42,639 bases of DNA, taken from a virus. Lineage: Duplodnaviria; Caudoviricetes. A program made the position numbers and the translations under genes. The notes beneath the pieces were generated by a model. It was given only the letters and a program-made list of their open reading frames with translations. It searched no databases and was not told the origin of the DNA. The DNA is taken from the IMG/VR virus record IMGVR_UViG_3300012931_000035, positions 1 through 42,639 of that record. One strand, 5' to 3'. Every line of letters starts with the position of its first letter. Within the stretch, counting starts at the first letter, position 1. Below are positions 35,699-42,639 of this stretch, one piece after another.

Positions 35699-36485
35699 TT
35701 ACTCAAATATCACCGTCTGGTCTGGATCAACCTTTTTGCTTTCTCGCCTGTGCATCCATGATTCATACATGTCATTGCCGCAGGTCCATTCCGGCCGGAG
35801 CGATAGCCCCCTATCTTTTTTCCGCTTGAACAATTTATCGCAGGCTCTTTTGTACGAATCAGCTATTTTGGGCCAGCGTCTCTGCTCGGAGAGACGCTGA
35901 TTATTATTCGCCATCGGGCACATGATGCACCCAATGCGCTGAAAGCCCTCATCGTATAATGTGCAATAAGGCAATTTGTTGTTGTGTATGTAATCCCAAA
36001 TTTCATCATCAGACCAATCGATAACGGGGTTTAGGTACCTTTTTGTCGGGTCTAGATTGCATGTTTCAACCATACGCCTTTTTGACCGTCTAGCGCTTTC
36101 TGCCCATCGAACGCCTGTTACGACTAGCCTATCGTGACCGCCGTTTTCTTTAAGCACCTTGCAGCACCACCGAAACCGCCTGTCGGGTAGCCCATTTTTA
36201 GGTATTAGCTGCCACATTGTTTTCTTCGGTTTATTTACCTCCACATCTGGATGATGTTCCCGGATGAAATAGACCAGCTCGGGCGGATCTACCGTCGTTA
36301 AATTGTAATGAGCGCCATACTTCACCTTGGCCCGCTTAACCAAATCCAATACCACGCAACTATCTTTGCCACTATCCCCCCGAGAAAGCTACGTAATAAC
36401 CTTCTGGGGGTTCGAATGTTTGAATACGTTCAATGGCGATTTTAACTTTGTCCACTTCGCCAAATAACGTGTTTTCAATTAACAT
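35699..36485 (-). pseudogene. PAPS-reductase-family protein disrupted by a 7-nt insertion in SGGKDS
   Basis: MLIENTLFG...YYVAFSGG then TAG. Removing GATAGTG (36370-36376) restores SGGKDS and joins RWCC..LKE, GVRWAES, RIGCIMCP. Confidence 0.8.
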
Positions 36486-36603
36486 TCATGTCACCTTCCT
36501 TCCTTTTTATGTTATGCTGCGTTTAGATGCCAGATACGATCAATTGCTATCTGGACTTTGTCTCTAACGCCGAATAGCGTATTATCTATCAGCACCCGCC
36601 CCC

Positions 36604-36999
36604 TCATTCCTCCAGTAATTCCGGTGTTGTCCATATGTCGCCTATTACCTCAATACGTTCTTGCCAATACTCTAATCCGACATAACTAGAACTTCCGCAT
36701 TGTTTTCCCATAAATCCAGTATCATTCCATACAACTTGGTATTTTATGTTTTTGTCTCCTAAGTGAAATATATCGCCCTCGTAAATTTCTTTACCGTTTT
36801 TATCTTTCATCCCGGTGTACTGGATTAGTTCAACTTCGGACAGTCTAATACAACTTATCTTCCCAGTTTCTTCGCTATAGCTGGCTATTGATGCATCCCT
36901 AAAATCTTGGAATCCCAAACTATTAAAGTTAATTCCATCAACAGGAATCATCACTTTATTTTGCTTATCCCATGCGCGAAACTTTATTTGCCTTTGCAT
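36604..36999 (-). CDS. YopX-family protein
   Basis: IKFRAWDK...QYTGMKDKNGKEIYEGDI...EVIGDIW.TPELLE. Confidence 0.88.
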   Translation of the reverse strand: MQRQIKFRAWDKQNKVMIPVDGINFNSLGFQDFRDASIASYSEETGKISCIRLSEVELIQYTGMKDKNGKEIYEGDIFHLGDKNIKYQVVWNDTGFMGKQCGSSSYVGLEYWQERIEVIGDIWTTPELLEE

Positions 37000-37525
37000 G
37001 TTTCTCTGAATACCTCCTTCTCCTTGTAGCCATTTCCCGGCATATTCTGCATTGTCTAAATCCCCTAGAATCAATATAGGTAGTTTCTGGTGTATATAAA
37101 TGTCCATGTTTGCAGTATGGTTTTCTTAAATCAAATTTTCTATGACAAGATGGGCATAATTGCATATAATCTGAACGTTCTCTTTTATATTCGCCGCTAA
37201 TATTAGCCCATTCGTATCTGCTGGTGTTTTTAGTGCCACATTTTTCACATTTATTTGCTTTACCGTAATGCTTTTTAATCCACATATGTTTAGCAACATA
37301 TCCAGCGTTTTCGCCTTTCCACCCACGGCTCTCTTCCTCACATTTTCCTGTTTGTGCTTGGCTTACAGTCCTAACGCCATAACCCTTTATTTTTAAGTAA
37401 TGGCTTATTGTTGTGTCAGATACTCCAATAACGCAAGAAGTTTCTCTTAAACTTAACTTGTAATCCCAATATAGATGGCGCATTTCTTCTACCATTTTTG
37501 AATTAACTACTCTCACACTCAACAC
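36965..37525 (-). CDS. HNH-like endonuclease with N-terminal HTH and C-terminal Zn motif
   Basis: WKG..AGY...H.WI...CEKCG...WANISG...LCPSCH, followed by CKHGH...CRIC. Confidence 0.7.
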   Translation of the reverse strand: MLSVRVVNSKMVEEMRHLYWDYKLSLRETSCVIGVSDTTISHYLKIKGYGVRTVSQAQTGKCEEESRGWKGENAGYVAKHMWIKKHYGKANKCEKCGTKNTSRYEWANISGEYKRERSDYMQLCPSCHRKFDLRKPYCKHGHLYTPETTYIDSRGFRQCRICREMATRRRRYSEKHAKANKVSRMG

Positions 37526-37712
37526 TCCCTCGCTTGCATTCTACAACAATATCTAATTCATACAGTTCAACTTTTTTACCGCACTTTTCGCATGTATGAA
37601 TTAATCTTTCTCGCTTATGAGCTGCCACCCACAAAGGCCAAATATGGTCTTCCCCGCAGTCACATTTGTGCCCAATCGGAAAGTCATTTTCATTTCGGAT
37701 AATACTGTTCAT
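37503..37712 (-). CDS. small Zn-ribbon-like protein
   Basis: CDCG...CEKCG, start after the GGAGTGTTGAGG repeat. Confidence 0.55.
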   Translation of the reverse strand: MNSIIRNENDFPIGHKCDCGEDHIWPLWVAAHKRERLIHTCEKCGKKVELYELDIVVECKRGSVECESS

Positions 37713-38010
37713 CCTCAACACTCCACCTTTTTAAGGCATTTTCGATTCCCTTATTTACCGCCCATTCGATTATCTGGTAAATATCCTCCATGCTCATTTC
37801 ATCCTTAATCAATTGGTCTACAGTTTGGAATACACAGCCAGACAATAATCTTGCATTTTGGTCAGAATCTTTAGCCATTGAAAAGCAGGCGTATGGGTTA
37901 ATTCCTTCCGGCTCAACCATCACCATATAAGCAACACCCTCTGCCTTAACATCAACAACTTCATCTCTTGACGTTGCGGCATTTATTGTTATCGTGCATT
38001 TACTGTCCAT
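37690..38010 (-). CDS. hypothetical protein
   Basis: Start MDSK after the GGAGTGTTGAGG repeat. Confidence 0.55.
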   Translation of the reverse strand: MDSKCTITINAATSRDEVVDVKAEGVAYMVMVEPEGINPYACFSMAKDSDQNARLLSGCVFQTVDQLIKDEMSMEDIYQIIEWAVNKGIENALKRWSVEDEQYYPK

Positions 38011-38012
38011 CC

Positions 38013-38180
38013 TCAACACTCCCTCGCTTGATACCAGCCGCACGGTTGGTCTTTCTCTTTTACCTCAATGTGCAACCCCGCCTCATTGCGTCTATGCTCA
38101 CATACGGATTTCTTTACCGCCCGGAATAGCTCATTATCTCGGTATTTGCATGTGCCACAAGTTTTAGGATTAGTCTTCAT
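38013..38180 (-). CDS. 55-aa Cys-containing protein
   Basis: MKTNPKTCGTCKYR...C...CGWY, ATGA-coupled to the upstream gene. Not in the ORF track. Confidence 0.5.
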   Translation of the reverse strand: MKTNPKTCGTCKYRDNELFRAVKKSVCEHRRNEAGLHIEVKEKDQPCGWYQAREC

Positions 38181-38629
38181 ATCTTAAATTCGCACTCCCC
38201 TTCCCCTGGTAATTCCTTGACTACCGGCAAATCCAACCTGTGCATAACCAGCCTAAACTTACAATTTTCAGTATTACTGCAATCGCATCTTGTGCAGCTG
38301 TCTAATGCTAATTCCGCCAAATCTTCTATATCGTCAACGTTCACCGTGGCTTTCTCACGGTCTTTGCGGTTAAGCCTGTCCGGATTTTCGGTACTAAGTA
38401 TTATTTCAGTATGATCCCTACGCCTTATAACCGACTTTAACTGCGCCGGGTCAAGACATTTCAGCCGTTCTAGCGTTATATTTTCTAAGTACGTCGCGCA
38501 AGTCTTCAATTTCTTATGCCAATCTTTTTCCGGTGTTTTATCTGCTATTGCGGCTGTTTCTCCTGCTAAAACCCCCAATTTTAACCAATTTATCATTTCC
38601 GGTTTACTCATATATGGTGCTTTTCGCAT
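38177..38629 (-). CDS. hypothetical protein (DUF5651-like, Cys-rich C-terminus)
   Basis: LAELALDSCTRC...CKFR...CEF. Confidence 0.55.
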   Translation of the reverse strand: MRKAPYMSKPEMINWLKLGVLAGETAAIADKTPEKDWHKKLKTCATYLENITLERLKCLDPAQLKSVIRRRDHTEIILSTENPDRLNRKDREKATVNVDDIEDLAELALDSCTRCDCSNTENCKFRLVMHRLDLPVVKELPGEGECEFKI

Positions 38630-38634
38630 TTAAT

Positions 38635-39246
38635 TCACCTCATCATGTAAGCTTTTTTAAGCCGTTTTAATATTTCTTTGCCATTTACTTTTTTACCATT
38701 TCTTCTTACTTCGGCTTTCATGCACCCTATAAACCGTTCTACCCATTCAGCTTTAGGCCATTCAGATTCTGGCAATGCTTCTTTATAGCTAATGCCAATA
38801 TCTCCACAATAATGATTTGCTGGTAGATTATTTTGTTTCCGCCAGTTAAAAACCATGTTTTCTGCTGTCCCTAATATTTCTGCTATTTTCTTATCACTTA
38901 ATCTTTTTTTATATAAAGTTAATGCATATTTATTCAGCTTATTTTTTATTCCCCTTGTCCCATATATTGACATGTTGCTAGGTAAGTTTTGCTCTCTTCT
39001 CAGTCTATTTATTGTTGTGATTGATAATCCAACCTTTTCGGCTATTTGGCGGTCAAATTTCCCTTTTTTATATTCTCGCTCAATCGTTTTTAGCTGGCTA
39101 TTGCTTATCACCACTAATCCCTTCTTTCGGATCAATCTTCTGCCCACAACTCGCCTTAAATAGCCATTCTGCATATCTCGTAAGCTTTCCATGATCTTCT
39201 CTTGCGTCGCCCTTCTTGCCAGCCCTAAGCATGTATTTAATAACAT
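38635..39246 (-). CDS. tandem-HTH DNA-binding protein (true start probably near 39111)
   Basis: Two repeats of D.(Q/K)IAE..G......RR/WR...NLP.N. Confidence 0.6.
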   Translation of the reverse strand: MLLNTCLGLARRATQEKIMESLRDMQNGYLRRVVGRRLIRKKGLVVISNSQLKTIEREYKKGKFDRQIAEKVGLSITTINRLRREQNLPSNMSIYGTRGIKNKLNKYALTLYKKRLSDKKIAEILGTAENMVFNWRKQNNLPANHYCGDIGISYKEALPESEWPKAEWVERFIGCMKAEVRRNGKKVNGKEILKRLKKAYMMR

Positions 39247-39715
39247 TTCCTTGCAAAAATCCTATAAATTGCTCTTTGCTTAGATACATCTGCATTACCT
39301 CGATAGGCTGAATTTCTGCGGTTTTGTAATGATCCGGGTCAATGTCTTTGAGTATGTCAACTTCTTCGTTGATTGGCTTATCTTCGTTCTGCATTTGTTT
39401 GTATATGGAGTAACATTTTTTTGCAATAGTCCACTCTGGATCTTCTATATCATTGTTTACATAATTAGTTGACTGTTTATTTTTAGGCATAAATTTATAG
39501 CAATTTTTTATTTTGTCTGCAATCCCGCGGTAAGTACACGCCCAATCACACATTTCGCATACATTGTCAGTGACTTCTTGCCATTGTTCAAACGGATTAA
39601 ACTTATCGCATTTTTGGCATTTTAAATTGTCGCCGTATTCTAGTTTAAAGTCTTCATGCAATATAAAATTCTGTATATTCCCGCACACCGGACATTTGTA
39701 CTTCTTCACCATCAT
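39098..39715 (-). CDS. DUF3310-domain protein with N-terminal Cys motifs
   Basis: PDHYKTAEIQPIEVM...GFLQGNVIKYMLRAGKKG. Confidence 0.75.
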   Translation of the reverse strand: MMVKKYKCPVCGNIQNFILHEDFKLEYGDNLKCQKCDKFNPFEQWQEVTDNVCEMCDWACTYRGIADKIKNCYKFMPKNKQSTNYVNNDIEDPEWTIAKKCYSIYKQMQNEDKPINEEVDILKDIDPDHYKTAEIQPIEVMQMYLSKEQFIGFLQGNVIKYMLRAGKKGDAREDHGKLTRYAEWLFKASCGQKIDPKEGISGDKQ

Positions 39716-39900
39716 TCTTCATCTCCAGGCAATTCGTAATCATCCGTCCAATATTCAATATCTTCTTCACCCATTAACCCCGATGTCGTATGCCATAAGT
39801 CACCGTCAAAATAGCCGCTAAAAATATCGTTATCATTCGTGCACAATAAAACGTCCGTTTCTTCACTTGGCATTTCATCAGCACATTTATACCATTTCAT
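39712..39900 (-). CDS. DUF551-like protein
   Basis: MKWYKCADEMP...VLL...IEYW...LP. Confidence 0.65.
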   Translation of the reverse strand: MKWYKCADEMPSEETDVLLCTNDNDIFSGYFDGDLWHTTSGLMGEEDIEYWTDDYELPGDEE

Positions 39901-39925
39901 TGTTTGCCCCCTCTTTCATCATCTT

Positions 39926-40342
39926 TTATTTGCCCTTCTCGTTGTCACATTTCGTTTGTGGCTGGCTTTTGTTGGTTGCTGGTGAATTTATGCGCAGAGT
40001 GTTGCAAAACTCGTTAGAACTAAAATACTCAAGAAATAGGGTCATCCAATCTTCGAGCGGCATTGTAACCAGCCATTCACTATTATTTTTACGCCAAAAT
40101 ACGGTTGGCAGGTTTTCTTTCTTTGCGTCCCTTTTGGCTTGGTTTATTGCATCGTAGACGTTTAAATGCTCATTTCGTTTGCATTCGATATGGATTCCCG
40201 GTAATGCGTCTACAACGTCCGCACTATCTTCTCCCTTGCCGCAATACTGTTGACTTCTTCTTGCGCCTTTAAAACCATATTCTCGCAATTTAGAAGCCAA
40301 TTCTCGCTCACCCACAGCACCCTTGCGCTTTGAGTTAATCAT
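39926..40342 (-). CDS. Holliday junction resolvase (PD-(D/E)XK, Hjc-like)
   Basis: SKRKGAVGERELA...ARRSQQY.G...ADV...HIECKR.E.LN. Confidence 0.8.
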   Translation of the reverse strand: MINSKRKGAVGERELASKLREYGFKGARRSQQYCGKGEDSADVVDALPGIHIECKRNEHLNVYDAINQAKRDAKKENLPTVFWRKNNSEWLVTMPLEDWMTLFLEYFSSNEFCNTLRINSPATNKSQPQTKCDNEKGK

Positions 40343-40923
40343 TTTGCTTCTCCTATCTGCCCAATCTTTGCTGATATACCACCGATTAATTTGCTAACTA
40401 CCTCGTTCTCATGCTTGTCTATATTTCTCGTTAGCAAATTGTTGTATATCTTGAAGAACTGTGAGCGGTCCATTCCCGGATTCTCGCTTGTCAAAAGTTG
40501 TTTGTATCCCATAACTCTTACGGCCTCTTTTATGGTCTTTGTAGACCACACAGGCGTTTTATAAGGGTCAAGTTTATTGCTTACTTCCGTCCATGCTTCC
40601 TCTGCTGTTGGAATGTCCTTTGACCGGATAGCCCTGACATTTTCCATTAACGCCGCCACGCTAGGATAACGACCGTTGCGGATCATTTTCGCCGTTGCGG
40701 CTTTTGCTTCGTCGTAAGTAACATCGCTTAGTAAGAACTGCCAAGATGTCAACATCATGCTTACGTCTTGATCTTTAGCGAAGTTAGGGCATGCGCTCGC
40801 AATCAATGTCAATATCCGTCTCGTTTCTTCCCTGGTCAATATCGTCACACTCCATAAATCTTTGCGCTGCACTCTTTTTCTGTTGAGTAAATCCCGATTT
40901 AGCACGTTCCAGCATTCGCACAA
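40339..40923 (-). CDS. replicative helicase loader/inhibitor (G39P-like); true start probably near 40840
   Basis: TREETRRILTLIASACPNF...WQFLLSD..Y...PSVA...TAEEAW, directly after the initiator. Confidence 0.7.
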   Translation of the reverse strand: MCECWNVLNRDLLNRKRVQRKDLWSVTILTREETRRILTLIASACPNFAKDQDVSMMLTSWQFLLSDVTYDEAKAATAKMIRNGRYPSVAALMENVRAIRSKDIPTAEEAWTEVSNKLDPYKTPVWSTKTIKEAVRVMGYKQLLTSENPGMDRSQFFKIYNNLLTRNIDKHENEVVSKLIGGISAKIGQIGEAK

Positions 40924-41665
40924 AGTTTTTTGGTCCCATTAGCCAATCAAAGTCAGCTCGCCATCCTCGGTCGTTGTCGCCGTTATAAAACTTTTCTTGG
41001 CTGGCGTATCGAAAGACTGTAGTTATTGCCTCCCGGCCTTGTTCTCTAATCCGGGAATTGATTGATCCCTTACGGGGCTTAGTCAAAGAAACAGCCTTTG
41101 GCATTTTTGAACATGTCAAGTTGTATTCATCGATTACGCCTTGATAATCCACTCTGCCAATTTTTTTTGGTTCTAGTTCTTTATCTTTATCTAGTTCTTT
41201 ATCTAGTTCTTCTTCTAGTTCTTGTTCTGTTGCGTTACCTTGCGTTACATCAGCGTTACATGTAACGTTACAGGACTCCAGTCTTTTCCTTTCTCTATAT
41301 TCAGCTACTCTCTTCCTGGTCTGCTCGCGAATCTTGCCCAGCCCTTCTATGTTCTGGTATTCCTCCCAGTTTTTAATCCACACAACGTCGTCAAAGATTT
41401 CAATCATTCCGTACTTTTCAAGGGTTAACAATGCAAACCTTATCTGCTGAACCTCAAATCCGTATTCAGCCGCAAAATCTTCTTCATGGTAAGGAATTGT
41501 GTCAGCTATGAATAAACCGCCGTTTTGGTTTGAATCTCCGGCTGTAACCAGAAGGAAAAACCAAATCAATACAATGTCGTTCCCTCCTGGTAACCTGCGA
41601 ATACTCTTGATTTTTTTGTTGTCCATTACATCGACATATAACTTAATCCACTTTATTTCGCTCAA
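40784..41665 (-). CDS. phage replisome organizer/replication initiator
   Basis: GGAGGG RBS and TTG start, MSEIKWIKL...KIKSIR.LP.G..I..IW..LL..AG...NWEEYQN. C-terminal GWRADFDWL. Confidence 0.85.
   Translation of the reverse strand: MSEIKWIKLYVDVMDNKKIKSIRRLPGGNDIVLIWFFLLVTAGDSNQNGGLFIADTIPYHEEDFAAEYGFEVQQIRFALLTLEKYGMIEIFDDVVWIKNWEEYQNIEGLGKIREQTRKRVAEYRERKRLESCNVTCNADVTQGNATEQELEEELDKELDKDKELEPKKIGRVDYQGVIDEYNLTCSKMPKAVSLTKPRKGSINSRIREQGREAITTVFRYASQEKFYNGDNDRGWRADFDWLMGPKNFVRMLERAKSGFTQQKKSAAQRFMECDDIDQGRNETDIDIDCERMP
41171..41272. repeat. iteron-like repeats inside the initiator gene (probable origin)
   Basis: Four CTAGTTCTT units and four CGTTAC units in the linker region. Confidence 0.5.
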
Positions 41666-41678
41666 TTCTCTCCCTCCG

Positions 41679-41780
41679 TTAAAGGAACTTGCACATGCAT
41701 GCCAGCAGAAACGTAGAAACAATAACTATCGTCATAAACCCTGCTAAGAAATATAAAGTCTGTTTACCATAATCGTCCAT
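41679..41780 (-). CDS. 33-aa membrane peptide
   Basis: MDDYGKQTLYFLAGFMTIVIVSTFLLACMCKFL with GGGGAAG RBS. Confidence 0.5.
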   Translation of the reverse strand: MDDYGKQTLYFLAGFMTIVIVSTFLLACMCKFL

Positions 41781-41840
41781 TCCACTTCCCCCGAATAATA
41801 TCTAAAAATATGGGCATCATATTTCTACTAAGAATTATCT

Positions 41841-41870
41841 AGTTTACATAAGGTTAAACTTATAGATTAA
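41841..41870 (-). other. dif/cer-like site with 8-bp spacer
   Basis: Minus strand TTAATCTATAA-GTTTAACC-TTATGTAAACT. The right arm is identical to the B. subtilis/S. aureus dif XerD arm, and the site is intergenic. Confidence 0.5.
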
Positions 41871-41905
41871 TCATTGCCGCTAAAATAACAATCACAACGG
41901 CTACA

Positions 41906-42118
41906 TCAGAACTTATGTTTTTCAAAAAAATTGACCGTATCTGCCCCATGACTAACAATCTCCTTTTCTCTCGTTATCCATTTCGCAATAGCAGGTTTTC
42001 GCGAATAATCTTTTTCTTGGGATTTTCTAACAATCTTTGAGCAATCAGGACAATATATTCTATTTTTAGTGACCCAAAACGGGGTGCCACACCGCTTGCA
42101 TTGTTTTACATCATCCAT
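41906..42118 (-). CDS. small Zn-finger protein
   Basis: CKRCG..F......YCPDC. Confidence 0.6.
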   Translation of the reverse strand: MDDVKQCKRCGTPFWVTKNRIYCPDCSKIVRKSQEKDYSRKPAIAKWITREKEIVSHGADTVNFFEKHKF

Positions 42119-42639
42119 TTATAGCAACTTCTTTCAGCTTTCTAACATACTCGATAAAACCAAGGTATTCAGCCAAATATTGCTTGTGACCGGCGTATAC
42201 TTCTTTTACCCTCGTCTCAAATTCGTCCAATGTACCGCCTCTGTAGTTGTTCCAGCAACCGCAGGTAATGTTGTCATCATCGAAGCAATATGTTGTTGTA
42301 TCTTTGCGGCTACCGATGCAGGAAGCTTGGATATAACGCTTGTCGGTGCAGGCACTCCTGAGATTGGCACTCCTGAGATTGGCATCACTGAGATCGGCAC
42401 CACTGAGATCGGCACTCCTGAGATCGGCATCACTGAGATCGGCACCACTGAGATCGGCACTCCTGAGATCGGCATCACTGAGATCGGCACCACTGAGATC
42501 GGCACCACTGAGATAGGCACTCCTGAGATCGGCACCACTGAGATCGGCACCACTGAGATAGGCACTCCTGAGATCGGCACCACTGAGATTGGCATCACTG
42601 AGATCGGCACCACTGAGATAGGCACTCCTGAGATCGGCA
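42111..42639 (-). CDS. pentapeptide-repeat protein with DUF5758-like C-terminus (5' end outside the window)
   Basis: The correct frame reads [20 protein letters not shown]..., then [10 protein letters not shown]...CGCW...TLDEFETRV...EY. The ORF track shows a different frame. Confidence 0.88.
   Translation of the reverse strand, partial: ADLRSAYLSGADLSDANLSGADLRSAYLSGADLSGADLRSAYLSGADLSGADLSDADLRSADLSGADLSDADLRSADLSGADLSDANLRSANLRSACTDKRYIQASCIGSRKDTTTYCFDDDNITCGCWNNYRGGTLDEFETRVKEVYAGHKQYLAEYLGFIEYVRKLKEVAING
42351..42639. repeat. about 19 tandem 15-bp units encoding pentapeptide repeats
   Basis: GGCA(CT/TC/CC)(C/A)CTGAGAT(C/T/A) units with no spacers. Confidence 0.9.

Noticed and set aside
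39454-39464. XerD-like arm TTATGTAAACA
   Set aside because: It lies inside a coding sequence (NYVN) with no XerC-like partner arm, so it is probably chance.
42206-42625. ORF-track protein [10 protein letters not shown]...
   Set aside because: Shadow frame of the pentapeptide-repeat gene. The A(D/N/Y)L frame continues into a recognisable C-terminal domain.
42351-42639. CRISPR array
   Set aside because: Contiguous 15-bp coding repeats without unique spacers, and no cas genes.

Overview
Most of the genome of a temperate, short-tailed (T7/BPP-1-like virion module, no RNA polymerase) phage. Sigma-A-type promoters, strong GGAGG ribosome-binding sites and a Prp-type DLQLFA motif point to a Firmicute host, possibly an anaerobe (inference). 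The window is circularly permuted, with both ends inside the early/replication operon. The integrase is followed by an apparently intact attP (2+3 arm repeats) and then directly by the end of the late operon, which suggests an excised or virion form. Order on the map: Gp157 and early genes, antirepressor, xis, switch region, repressor, integrase, attP, HTH moron, lysis, tail fibre, ejection proteins, nozzle/adaptor, capsid/scaffold, portal, TerL, TerS, a small + strand moron, late activator, accessory early genes and the replication module. Several genes carry single indels or stops, which may be consensus errors. The best leads are dif/Xer-like sites clustered in the terS-terL gap, a stand-alone NrdD-type glycyl-radical peptide, unannotated Lys/Gly-rich micro-ORFs, and an in-frame amber codon plus an internal Prp-like motif in the giant ejection gene. 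All family calls come from motif recognition by eye; no searches were run.
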